Origin: Acinetobacter wanghuae
GTDB lineage: Bacteria > Pseudomonadota > Gammaproteobacteria > Pseudomonadales > Moraxellaceae
DNA: 32,000 nucleotides
NCBI RefSeq assembly: GCF_009557235.1
Contig: NZ_CP045650.1
Location: 1,890,001 to 1,922,000 of the forward strand
Reading direction: 5' to 3'
Numbering within the stretch: position 1 is the stretch's first letter; every line of letters begins with the position of its first letter. Below, in pieces: positions 1-8,171 of this stretch. Both the position numbers and the translations under genes were made by a program. A model generated the notes under the pieces. The model was not told the DNA's origin. It saw only the letters and a program-made list of their open reading frames with translations, and did no database searches.

Positions 1-440
1 TACTCTTCTATAGAATTAAATGTATAAGACTCTAAATTATTATCTTGAATATTAAATTTAATTTGACTAAGAAATAGTAAAGCTTTCGATGATACATCAG
101 AAATTAATCCACGTAATTCTTCAGTTTTTTTATGTTTATAGATAATATTTAATTCATCTATCTTAAGCTTACTTTGTACCTCAATTAATTTTGTATTCGA
201 TTCAATTTGAGCTTCTGTTGATTTTTTAACGATGTATATAGTTATTAAGAATCCAATAAAACTTATAAATGCTGATGCAATAACACTTACAACAACACCC
301 CAATCCGTTGAACTGACATTCAAATCAAGTGGTATTTTCTTTGTTTCAGGATCAACCTGAATTTGTGTCGTCACTAAAGGCTGCTGCGGCACTATCCACG
401 GAAGTTGAATCATCACTTCATTATTATTTTGTTCAGCCAC
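1..440 (-). CDS. Hypothetical single-pass membrane protein, N-terminal part only. It runs off the left window edge, so its stop is outside the window and it is absent from the supplied ORF track.
   Basis: Manual minus-strand translation. GTG at 440-438 is preceded by AAAGGGGAA (SD-like), with an in-frame TAA at 455-453. The frame stays open to position 1: VAEQNNNEVMIQLPWIVPQQPLVTTQIQVDPETKKIPLDLNVSSTDWGVVVSVIASAFISFIGFLITIYIVKKSTEAQIESNTKLIEVQSKLKIDELNIIYKHKKTEELRGLISDVSSKALLFLSQIKFNIQDNNLESYTFNSIEE. One clear TM helix is followed by Lys/Glu/Ile-rich helical sequence. A possible promoter is TTGAAA (498-493), 17 nt, AATAAA (475-470). The region is very AT-rich. No family recognised. Confidence 0.45.
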   Translation of the reverse strand, partial: MAEQNNNEVMIQLPWIVPQQPLVTTQIQVDPETKKIPLDLNVSSTDWGVVVSVIASAFISFIGFLITIYIVKKSTEAQIESNTKLIEVQSKLKIDELNIIYKHKKTEELRGLISDVSSKALLFLSQIKFNIQDNNLESYTFNSIEE

Positions 441-510
441 AGTTTCCCCTTTTTATTTTAAATCGACTCTTTATTTACCATATTCTAAACACTTTCAAAG
501 TATTACAAAA

Positions 511-545
511 GAAAAAGCCAACTGACCATGCCTAATCAGTTGGCA
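511..545 (-). terminator. Rho-independent terminator downstream of the amidase-family gene
   Basis: Inverted repeat GCCAACTGA (517-525) / TCAGTTGGC (536-544) with a 10-nt loop. On the minus strand the hairpin is followed by TTTTTC (516-511). Confidence 0.55.
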
Positions 546-582
546 AAAGCACAACTCTACTTTTTCTAAGTGTTATTCAGAC

Positions 583-1812
583 TTATTTTGCGTCTTTCTT
601 AAACTCTTTAAAGTCCGCTTTACGAATCATGGCGTGAATGCCTTTAGTTTTATCAACCACTTGTGATACTTCAAAATCAGTTGCGGCACTTAAATATGCA
701 TACGCAATTTCTTCTGAAATACCATACTCATCTACAAGGAAACGAATTGCTTCACGTGTCGATTTTCGCATGGCTTCGTCAAGGTCTTCATCTAATCCCG
801 GAGTGATCCAAAACTCATCATTTTCACCCAAAGGTTGGGTTAAAGATTTACCCGGAATCTTGTCACGACCTGCTTTTAATACTGAAATCTTAAAAGTCGC
901 ACGTGCAGAACCTTCAAGCGCAGTTAAAGCAACTTCGCCATCACCTTGAACAAAATGACTATCGCCTGTATAGAACAACGCACCCGGCACTTGCACAGGA
1001 TAATAAGCCGTTGCACCTGCAGTTAAATCATTAATATCAATGTTGCCGCCATAGAACGATGGTGGAACAGAGTGCACAGCCTTGCTCGTATTTGGTGCAA
1101 CGCCCATGGTTCCCATAAATGGATTCAATGGGAAACGGATCGATTTACCTGATTCAGTTTTTAATACGCCTTCCCATACGCCATCTGCATTTTTCTCAAT
1201 TGGGGTAAAGACCGAAACATTGCCATAAGCTTCTGGGTTTGCAGGTGATGCATGATCATGTTTTTGACGCTTTGGGAACTCAGGCAATGTGCCTTTACCA
1301 TGACGGTTTGAGATCACACCATACGGCACACGCGGTTCAACTTTTAAAATCTCAACTTTTAAAATATCACCCGGCATTGCACCTTCGACATAGACGGGAC
1401 CTGTAATAATGTGTGGTCCATCTTTATGAAAATCGTGCTTGAGTTTTGAGCCGGTAATTAGTTTTGCTTCAGGTAAAATATGTTCTGCTTTAACACCTTG
1501 TGAAGTGAAATATTTTTCAGCATCACGTCCTTGATCTTCAAGTAAACCTTCATGTGAAACCGTATCAAATGTAATCGTACTACCCGCTGGAATGGTTAAT
1601 ACAGGCTTTGCGTCTTTATTTGGCAAATAACCCCAAGTAATTGTATTTAGTGTACTTGGCACATAATAATGGCATTTATATTCCCCACTTTTGAGTAAAG
1701 TTGGTTTGTTTTCAAGCTGGTTTAGGATTTTAAAATCTTCAGCTGAGGCATTTGCAGAAATAAAAGAAAAGCTGGCTGCAACAGCGAGAGACAGAGCTAA
1801 AGGTTTTAACAT
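583..1812 (-). CDS. Acetamidase/formamidase (FmdA/AmdA) family protein with predicted Sec signal peptide
   Basis: The ORF track gives 583..1908. I prefer the ATG at 1812, which yields MLKPLALSLAVAASFSFISANASA-EDF, a classic signal peptide. The body resembles the acetamidase/formamidase family as I remember it (TGPVYVEGAMPGDILKVEI, GGNIDINDLTAGATAYYPV, FYTGDSHFVQGDGEV). Confidence 0.8.
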   Translation of the reverse strand: MLKPLALSLAVAASFSFISANASAEDFKILNQLENKPTLLKSGEYKCHYYVPSTLNTITWGYLPNKDAKPVLTIPAGSTITFDTVSHEGLLEDQGRDAEKYFTSQGVKAEHILPEAKLITGSKLKHDFHKDGPHIITGPVYVEGAMPGDILKVEILKVEPRVPYGVISNRHGKGTLPEFPKRQKHDHASPANPEAYGNVSVFTPIEKNADGVWEGVLKTESGKSIRFPLNPFMGTMGVAPNTSKAVHSVPPSFYGGNIDINDLTAGATAYYPVQVPGALFYTGDSHFVQGDGEVALTALEGSARATFKISVLKAGRDKIPGKSLTQPLGENDEFWITPGLDEDLDEAMRKSTREAIRFLVDEYGISEEIAYAYLSAATDFEVSQVVDKTKGIHAMIRKADFKEFKKDAK

Positions 1813-2224
1813 ATGTTCAAATTCCATGATTTCTAATTGCATTAACATGGAAGCAATAACGATGCCAAAAACCTCACAGCTACTATCATTCGTATTTTTA
1901 TTAAACAAAAATTTAAACCGTTGATTTTACCATTTTATAAAAAAGTGATTCCTCGGGATATTTCAAAACACATTCAGTAGTTTTTACATTTACTTAAACA
2001 ACTCGCTCATCTCTTTACGCTTAGACCACAAATTACATATCAAACCGCATTGAATAAACATAAATCACACTCTAAATTAATAATTGTGAATCAAGACTCA
2101 CTTTAATCAAAATAAGTGATGTTCACGCAAAATAGATAAGTGTTGAAAATAATAGAACAGCAAATGTCACCACATAAAACAGCTTTATAACGTCATGAAA
2201 AATATTTGAATTGAGGGTACTGCC

Positions 2225-2617
2225 ATGAAAACCACACTAATCGGTGCATGTTTAATCTCATTTTCCTTACAGACATTTGCAAAAGATGTTTGGGAGTGTG
2301 GCAATGCAGTACTTCAAGACCTATGCCAAAATCAAAAATGCACAGGAGGACGTCCTGCGGACATGGACAAACTCACGATTTCTATTCAAGGACAGAAAAA
2401 TGTAGCGATCTGCAGCGATCGTTCCTGTTGGCGCGGAGAAGGCAGTATTTCCCATCAAAATACACAATCTATTCTTAAAATTCATAATATCCATTGGCAA
2501 GACCGAGATAAACCGAATGCCGCTAACAACTATGTGCTTGCCATTAATCGCACTACACAAGCGTTGTACTTCGAAGGAAAAAATGAAAATCATCCTGTTG
2601 CATGTAGAGCGGTTTAA
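2225..2617 (+). CDS. Small secreted cysteine-rich hypothetical protein (130 aa)
   Basis: GAGGGTACTGCC precedes the ATG (SD-like). Signal peptide MKTTLIGACLISFSLQTFA-KD. The mature part has 7 Cys. No family recognised. Confidence 0.6.
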   Translation: MKTTLIGACLISFSLQTFAKDVWECGNAVLQDLCQNQKCTGGRPADMDKLTISIQGQKNVAICSDRSCWRGEGSISHQNTQSILKIHNIHWQDRDKPNAANNYVLAINRTTQALYFEGKNENHPVACRAV

Positions 2618-2865
2618 CATCATCTTACAGAAATTTTATTGAGATGTTTCTTATAAAACTCGATTAAGTCACGCCTGACATTCGTTTAAAAATGCTGGAT
2701 TCGTTGCAGTGACTGCATTTTTGAAAACTTGTGCCATTGGAGTCATCTTTCAAGCTGCTAAACTGCCCCGCATTACAGCACTTGACGCTGCGCACAATTC
2801 AAGTCATTTTCAATGATCTGAAATGCAGTCAAAAGTCTAGCCACTTCCCCTAGATTGAAAAAACG

Positions 2866-3285
2866 ATGGAACATCTCATGGCGAACAAATTCGAGTTTAA
2901 TATTCGTGTCTATATCGAAGATACTGATGCAGGTGGCATCGTTTACCACGCCAATCATATTCGATTTATGGAACGTACACGCACCGAATGGCTTCGCGCA
3001 TCAGGCATTAGTCACTATTGGCATCAAAAAGACTACAATTTTGTGGTGCATAAAATTAACGTGAAATATTCACGACCTATTCTCATGGATGACTTAATAA
3101 CCGTCACCGCGAGCGTTGTTTCTTTGAAAGCTTCATCATTTGTATTGCAACAAAATATTTATCGTGGTGAAATCATGCTTGCATCAGGTGAGGTGGAATT
3201 GGCGTGTATCAATGCTGATATGCGACCATGTCGCCTACCCGATGAAATACGCGAACTCATTCAAAAAGAGTTAGAACCCAACTAA
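2866..3285 (+). CDS. ybgC: Tol-Pal-associated acyl-CoA thioesterase YbgC (4HBT hotdog fold)
   Basis: RVYIEDTDAGGIVYHANHIRFMERTRTEWL matches the YbgC N-terminal catalytic region (E. coli: RVYYEDTDAGGVVYHARY). It sits immediately upstream of tolQ. An alternative start is the ATG at 2878. Confidence 0.85.
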   Translation: MEHLMANKFEFNIRVYIEDTDAGGIVYHANHIRFMERTRTEWLRASGISHYWHQKDYNFVVHKINVKYSRPILMDDLITVTASVVSLKASSFVLQQNIYRGEIMLASGEVELACINADMRPCRLPDEIRELIQKELEPN

Positions 3286-3312
3286 AAAAATTATTTGGCA
3301 CATGTAACAACT

Positions 3313-4011
3313 ATGGCAACTCAGTTAGAATCATCACTACATATTTCAGACCTTATTTTACAAGCAAGCCCGATCGTTCAATTGGTCATGCTTATTTTGC
3401 TTCTGGCATCATTGTTTAGTTGGTATCTGATTGCCAAGTTGTACATGAGCTATAAAAAAGCACAGGCAGATGATGAGCATTTCCAGAAAATCTTCTGGTC
3501 AGGCGCAGAACTCAACACCCTGTATAACAACGCACAACTCAATTCAAAACGAACCGGTCTTGAAGATATTTTCTATCAAGGTTTAGGTGAGTTTCTCAAG
3601 CTTAAAAAATTAAACGCACCCGCAGCGCAAAGTATTGAAGGCACTGAACGTATTTTACGTGTCGGTTTAAGCCGTGACCAAGGTCATCTTGAAAATGGTT
3701 TGGGCGCACTCGCAAGTATTGGTTCAGTTGCCCCTTATATTGGTTTATTCGGGACAGTTTGGGGCATTATGAATGCCTTTATTGGACTAGCAGAAGTCGA
3801 TCAAGTGACGCTTGCAACTGTTGCACCTGGTATTGCTGAAGCGCTCATTGCAACTGCCATTGGTTTATTTGCTGCGATTCCTGCGGTACTTGCCTTTAAC
3901 CATTACACCGCGAAAAGTGAAACCGTCTATTCAGACCGTGCTTTATTTGCTGAAGAAATGGTGGCACTGTTACAACGTCAATCTGTGGGCGCAACACAGG
4001 ACAATGACTAA
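3313..4011 (+). CDS. tolQ: Tol-Pal system protein TolQ (MotA/TolQ/ExbB proton channel)
   Basis: [18 protein letters not shown] and [23 protein letters not shown] are near-identical to E. coli TolQ. The track ORF starts at a TTG at 3295; the first ATG is at 3313. Confidence 0.9.
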   Translation: MATQLESSLHISDLILQASPIVQLVMLILLLASLFSWYLIAKLYMSYKKAQADDEHFQKIFWSGAELNTLYNNAQLNSKRTGLEDIFYQGLGEFLKLKKLNAPAAQSIEGTERILRVGLSRDQGHLENGLGALASIGSVAPYIGLFGTVWGIMNAFIGLAEVDQVTLATVAPGIAEALIATAIGLFAAIPAVLAFNHYTAKSETVYSDRALFAEEMVALLQRQSVGATQDND

Positions 4012-4460
4012 TGGCAATTCGTGGTTCTGGACGCTTTGAGCGTATTAAAAAACCGTTAAAAAGTGATATGAATGTCGTGCCTTACATTGACGTGATGTTG
4101 GTGTTATTGGTGATTTTTATGGTCACTGCCCCGATGATCACCAGTGGCATTAATGTCGATTTACCACAAGCAAATGGCAACCCAATTGAGTCAAAAGATG
4201 CTCCTGCTATGGTGACGTTAGATCAAGATGGTCATTATTACTTAGAATACAAACAACATCAGGCAGAGCCTTTGGATCTGACTCAGTTAACAGCAATTCT
4301 GACGGAAGCTCAAACCCAAGCTACAGCTGAAAATAAACAATTAAGCGTGGTGATTCGCGGGCACAATACACGCCCTTATGGCGATGTCATTGCACTGATG
4401 TCAAGTTTACAAGATGCGGGTCTGACTCAAGTTGGCTTATTAACCGAGTCGCTCAAGTAA
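4011..4460 (+). CDS. tolR: Tol-Pal system protein TolR (ExbD/TolR family)
   Basis: [28 protein letters not shown] is the TolR/ExbD TM signature. The ATG overlaps the tolQ stop (TAATG). Confidence 0.9.
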   Translation: MAIRGSGRFERIKKPLKSDMNVVPYIDVMLVLLVIFMVTAPMITSGINVDLPQANGNPIESKDAPAMVTLDQDGHYYLEYKQHQAEPLDLTQLTAILTEAQTQATAENKQLSVVIRGHNTRPYGDVIALMSSLQDAGLTQVGLLTESLK

Positions 4461-4463
4461 ATT

Positions 4464-5807
4464 ATGAAAGAATTTAACAAACCGCCCTTTCAGCAAAAAG
4501 CCATTGCCATTGGTTTTACTGTTGGCGTGCATGTCGTGGCACTGGTAGGTTTACTCTTTCTTGGCATGAGTAAGCCACCTGAACCGCCCAAACAAATTAA
4601 AACTGTCCTCATTAAACCTGAGGACTTAAAACCCGTCACGCGTGAAGAAACCCCATTTGAAGAAACAGCGCATCAAAATATTGCTGAAGAAATCACGCAA
4701 GAGGCTGAACCGAGTGTCGAGCCAGCACCCGCTATTCCCACACCCGCGGCTCTGCCTCCTGTAGATCACAGCAAAGCTGAAGCACAAAAAGCTGCGGCAG
4801 CTGCAAAAGCACAAGAACGTGCTGAGCAAAAAGCTGCAGAACAAGCCAATCGGGCTGAAAAACAACGTCAAGCAACGGAAGCTGCTCAAGCTAAAGCACA
4901 GGCAGACGCGAAAGCTGCTGCTCAAGCCAAAGCAGAAGCATCTAAAGCAGATGCGAAAGCTCAACAGGCTGCGGCAGCGAAAGCTGAGGCTGCGCGCCAA
5001 AAAGCAGAACAAGCCGCTGCAGAAGCCAAAGCAGCCCAGCAAAAAGCCAATGCTTTAAAAAAAGCAGAACAGCTTGAAAAGCAAAAAAGTTTAAATGCAA
5101 AAGCTGCCGCAGATGCGAAGGCAAAAGCGGATGCCCAAGCCAAAGCTGCGGAAGCCAAACGTAAAGCAGAAGCTGATGCAAAAGCCAAAGCTGCACATGA
5201 TGCCAAAGTAAAAGCCGATGCAGCTGCTAAAGTAAATCAGGATGCAAAAACCAAAGCAGCAGCCGATGCCAAAGCAAAAGCGGATGCCCAAGCGAAAGCA
5301 ACCGAAGCCAAACGTAAGGCAGAGGCTGATGCGAAAGCAAAAGCCGCGCATGACGCAAAAGCGAAAGCCGAAGCGGATGCGAAAGCCAAAGCTGCACATG
5401 ACGCAAAAGCCAAGGCAGCAGCCGATGCCAAAGCAAAAGCGGATGCCGAAGCCCGTGAACGTGCAGCAGAAGAAGCAAAAGCCTCATCCGCGCGAAAAGC
5501 TGCTGAAGAAGCTGCGACTAAAAAAGCTGAATCTAAACGCATTGCCTCCACGGCAAAACGTGATTTTGAAAACAAAATTCGCCGTGCTTGGGATACACCA
5601 AGTGGTTCTTCAGGTAAAACTGCCACTGCACGTATTCAGCTAAATGATGATGGCAGTGTGCGTTCGGCTGTAGTGAACTCCAGCGATCCTGATATGAGAG
5701 CCAGTATTGAAGCGGCTATTCGTGCTGCAGCACCATACCCGATGCCATCAGATCCTGAAGCTCGACAACAAGCTCGCTCGTTAACTTCAACTTTCAAGGC
5801 ACAATAA
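4464..5807 (+). CDS. tolA: Tol-Pal system protein TolA with expanded Ala/Lys-rich helical domain II
   Basis: N-terminal TM anchor (AIAIGFTVGVHVVALVGLLFLG), then about 280 residues of A/K/E/Q/D low-complexity helix, then a C-terminal TolA/TonB-like domain (ARIQLNDDGSVRSAVVNSSDPDMRASIEAAIRAAAPYP). It lies between tolR and tolB. Confidence 0.85.
   Translation: MKEFNKPPFQQKAIAIGFTVGVHVVALVGLLFLGMSKPPEPPKQIKTVLIKPEDLKPVTREETPFEETAHQNIAEEITQEAEPSVEPAPAIPTPAALPPVDHSKAEAQKAAAAAKAQERAEQKAAEQANRAEKQRQATEAAQAKAQADAKAAAQAKAEASKADAKAQQAAAAKAEAARQKAEQAAAEAKAAQQKANALKKAEQLEKQKSLNAKAAADAKAKADAQAKAAEAKRKAEADAKAKAAHDAKVKADAAAKVNQDAKTKAAADAKAKADAQAKATEAKRKAEADAKAKAAHDAKAKAEADAKAKAAHDAKAKAAADAKAKADAEARERAAEEAKASSARKAAEEAATKKAESKRIASTAKRDFENKIRRAWDTPSGSSGKTATARIQLNDDGSVRSAVVNSSDPDMRASIEAAIRAAAPYPMPSDPEARQQARSLTSTFKAQ
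5103..5450 (+). repeat. In-frame tandem duplication inside tolA (units start at 5103, 5256 and 5415; periods 153 and 159 bp)
   Basis: GC(T/A)GC(C/A)GC(A/C)GATGC(G/C)AA(G/A)GCAAAAGCGGATGCCCAAGC recurs at 5103 and 5256, with a partial third copy at 5415. The protein unit is AADAKAKADAQAKAxEAKRKAEADAKAKAAHDAK... Confidence 0.75.
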
Positions 5808-5810
5808 GAG

Positions 5811-5851
5811 AAAAGCCATAGCAAATAATTTGTTATGGCTTTTACTTTTTT
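5811..5851 (+). terminator. Rho-independent terminator or attenuator between tolA and tolB
   Basis: Long hairpin AAAAGCCATAgCAAAT-a-ATTTGtTATGGCTTTT (5811-5843), followed by ACTTTTTT. Confidence 0.55.
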
Positions 5852-6006
5852 AAGTTAAACTTGGTTTTAAATAGATAAAAGAATAGTCTCTTTTCACAGG
5901 GCTATAACAGATTGATGAACATTTGATGCTTCCATTTCATTAAAATCATGCGATCATGTCATACAATCATATTCACAATAAATCCGTTGATTTGAGTAAA
6001 GAACGA

Positions 6007-7293
6007 ATGATGGAAAAAATGCGTAAATCCCTACTCTGCCTTGCAATTTTCTCTGCTGTTAGCGCAACTTTTGTTAGCCAAACCCATGCTCAATTGCATC
6101 TTGAAATTACTAAAGCACCTGAATCTGCACCTAAAATTGCGATCATTCCATTTAGTCAAGATCAAAACATTTATCCTATTATTGAAACGGATTTAAATCG
6201 TTCAGGTAAATTTAACAGTAGTTCAAAAAATTTACCCGCAACAGCCAGTTTAAATCAGCCGAATGCAGAAGCATGGGCAAGTGCAGGTGTGCCTTACCTT
6301 GTCACAGGCACATCAAAAACCAATGCAGATGGTTCATACGAAATTCAATATCAACTGTATGATGTTGAAAAAAAACAATACTTACTCAATGAGTTATTGA
6401 CTGTTCCAGCAAACCGTACCCGTCAAGCTGCGCATATGATCAGTGATGCGATTTTCCAAGCACTAACTGGTATTCAAGGTGACTTTAGTGGTCGAATTGC
6501 GTATGTGCTACGTAACCCTGAAACGCCTGAGCAACGCTATACCTTACAAATTGCAGATACGGATGGCGAACAACCAAAAACAATTCTGACTTCACGTGAT
6601 CCAATTTTATCGCCTGCGTGGACGCCAGATGCAAAAAAAATTGCTTATGTCTCGTTTGAAACCAAACGTCCAGCCATTTATTTACAAGATTTATCAACCG
6701 GTCAACGTGAAAAATTAGCCAGCTTCCGTGGTTTAAATGGTGCGCCAAGCTTCTCACCTGACGGTAAAAACATGTTATTTACTGCATCAATGCACGGTAA
6801 TCCTGAAATTTACCAAATGAATTTGGAAACACGTCAACTTGAGCGTTTAACCCATGATTCTGCTATTGATACTGAAGCACGCTATGCGCCAGATGGAAAA
6901 TCATTTATTTTCACCTCAGACCGAGGTGGTTCAGCACAAATCTATCGTTATGATTTTGCTACCAGCAGCAACAAACGCTTAACTTTCCGTGGTGCATTTA
7001 ATGCGCGTGGTACTTTAAGTGCAGATGGCAAAAAACTCGCCTTGGTACATCGTCCAAGTGGTAGTAACTACAAGGTCGCGGTACATGATATAAATTCAGG
7101 TGTGACCAATATTTTGACACCGACCAGTCTAGATGAATCACCAAGTTTCTCACCGAATGGTCAAATGGTGGTTTATGCAACGCGTGAAGGCGCTCGTGGC
7201 TTATTATCGATTATGTCTTTAGATGGTCGTTTCCGTGTCAATTTACCAAGTGAAAAAGGCGAAGTACGCGAACCGGCTTGGGCACCTAAATAA
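6007..7293 (+). CDS. tolB: Tol-Pal system beta-propeller protein TolB
   Basis: Signal peptide MRKSLLCLAIFSAVSATFVSQTHA, plus repeated propeller motifs (SPAWTPDAKKIAYVS, GAPSFSPDGKNMLFT, ARYAPDGKSFIFTS, SPSFSPNGQMVVYA). The start is ambiguous among ATGs at 6007, 6010 and 6019; the track ORF start at 5956 is unlikely. Confidence 0.9.
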   Translation: MMEKMRKSLLCLAIFSAVSATFVSQTHAQLHLEITKAPESAPKIAIIPFSQDQNIYPIIETDLNRSGKFNSSSKNLPATASLNQPNAEAWASAGVPYLVTGTSKTNADGSYEIQYQLYDVEKKQYLLNELLTVPANRTRQAAHMISDAIFQALTGIQGDFSGRIAYVLRNPETPEQRYTLQIADTDGEQPKTILTSRDPILSPAWTPDAKKIAYVSFETKRPAIYLQDLSTGQREKLASFRGLNGAPSFSPDGKNMLFTASMHGNPEIYQMNLETRQLERLTHDSAIDTEARYAPDGKSFIFTSDRGGSAQIYRYDFATSSNKRLTFRGAFNARGTLSADGKKLALVHRPSGSNYKVAVHDINSGVTNILTPTSLDESPSFSPNGQMVVYATREGARGLLSIMSLDGRFRVNLPSEKGEVREPAWAPK

Positions 7294-7336
7294 CCTTTAA
7301 AATATTTATTGAAAATCAACCTTCATGGAGAGGAAG

Positions 7337-7909
7337 ATGAAAAAAGTACAATTATTCGCATTACCGTTATTGGCGATTGCTGTGGCAATGACAGGTTGTG
7401 CCAGCCGTAAACCTGCTGCACAAGTACAAACAGGTGATTTGGCAGGTTCGACTTCAACCACTGTCAATACACAAGGTTTAAGTGAAGATGCTGCGCTCAA
7501 TGCACAAAATCTTGCAGGTGCATCATCAAAAGGTGTTACAGCTGAAAATAAAGCGTTCTTAGCAAAACGTGTGGTGCACTTTGACTATGACAGTACTGAA
7601 CTCAGCAATGATGATTTATTAACACTTCAAGCACATGCACAATTTTTAATGGCAAATGCCAACTCGCGTGTTGCATTGACAGGTCATACTGATGAACGCG
7701 GTACCCGTGAATACAACATGGCACTAGGTGAACGTCGTGCCAAAGCCGTTGAAAGCTTCCTTGTGACCACAGGTGTGAGTGCAAATCAACTTGAAGCTGT
7801 GAGCTACGGTAAAGAAATGCCAATTAATGCGGGTCATGATGAAAATGCATGGAAAGAAAACCGCCGCGTAGAAATTAATTACGAAGCAGTTCCACCCTTA
7901 TTAAAATAA
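7337..7909 (+). CDS. pal: Peptidoglycan-associated lipoprotein Pal (OmpA-like C-terminal domain)
   Basis: GGAGAGGAAG precedes the ATG at 7337. Lipobox AMTG-C. OmpA-like domain: VHFDYDSTEL...LTGHTDERGTREYNMALGERRAKAV...NRRVEI. Confidence 0.9.
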   Translation: MKKVQLFALPLLAIAVAMTGCASRKPAAQVQTGDLAGSTSTTVNTQGLSEDAALNAQNLAGASSKGVTAENKAFLAKRVVHFDYDSTELSNDDLLTLQAHAQFLMANANSRVALTGHTDERGTREYNMALGERRAKAVESFLVTTGVSANQLEAVSYGKEMPINAGHDENAWKENRRVEINYEAVPPLLK

Positions 7910-7918
7910 TCTGCTCAT

Positions 7919-7948
7919 AAAAAAGCACTCATATAGAGTGCTTTTTTA
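7919..7948. terminator. Bidirectional rho-independent terminator after pal
   Basis: AAAAAGCACTC (7920-7930) / GAGTGCTTTTT (7936-7946), flanked by an A-run on one side and a T-run on the other. Confidence 0.65.
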
Positions 7949-7985
7949 TTGTCTATCTTTTTAGACAAGGTCTAAGATCGGTAGA

Positions 7986-8171
7986 TTATTCAACGATGGG
8001 TTGATCCTGTTCAGCTTGCATCGATTCGATCAAATCGTGTTTATTGAATTTTTTGTATTCTGGCTTGGCTTCATACGCTTTCCACGCTTCTTTCATTTTA
8101 TCGTCAGAAATACCGTCCAAATTCATCGATTCGCTTGCCGTTGGAGTCGCATCAAACTTCAATGTGGTCAT
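7986..8171 (-). CDS. Small acidic hypothetical protein (61 aa)
   Basis: GGAG lies 8 nt upstream of the ATG (ACGGAGCACAAATATG on the minus strand). There is no TM segment or Cys, and the protein is rich in K, E and D. The gene ends near the bidirectional terminator. No family recognised. Confidence 0.5.
   Translation of the reverse strand: MTTLKFDATPTASESMNLDGISDDKMKEAWKAYEAKPEYKKFNKHDLIESMQAEQDQPIVE

Noticed and set aside
329-535. 68-aa plus-strand ORF at the left edge.
   Set aside because: It is antisense to the better-supported open minus-strand frame (1-440), runs through that gene's promoter region and the 517-544 terminator hairpin, and has no SD sequence.
638-1924. Plus-strand ORFs 638..949 and 1691..1924, and the 32-codon N-terminal extension of the amidase ORF (1813-1908).
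   Set aside because: The plus-strand ORFs are antisense to a family-recognisable CDS. The extension precedes a textbook signal peptide that begins at the internal Met (1812).
2248-2958. ORFs 2248..2478+, 2321..2623- and 2773..2958-, overlapping the Cys-rich protein gene or the ybgC start.
   Set aside because: These are alternative-frame or antisense products with no SD sequence and no recognisable features. The chosen frames have signal-peptide or family support.
5103-5450. The tolA tandem repeats as a CRISPR array, minisatellite or mobile-element repeat.
   Set aside because: The units are contiguous with no spacers. They are in frame, a multiple of 3 in length, and encode the expected TolA domain II helix.
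4626-5643. Seven track ORFs in other frames or on the opposite strand within tolA (4626..5042-, 4819..5058+, 4942..5196-, 4961..5206-, 5091..5399-, 5227..5487-, 5237..5626-, 5242..5643+).
   Set aside because: All lie inside the GCN/AAR-biased, repetitive Ala/Lys region of tolA, which suppresses stop codons in every frame. Their products are low-complexity strings (L/F/C/R-rich or Q/K/P-rich) with no start signals. The tolA frame is supported by its TM anchor, C-terminal domain and synteny.
7986-8171. The ORF after pal as a degenerate cpoB/ybgF.
   Set aside because: It is on the opposite strand and only 61 aa long, with no signal peptide, coiled coil or TPR repeats.
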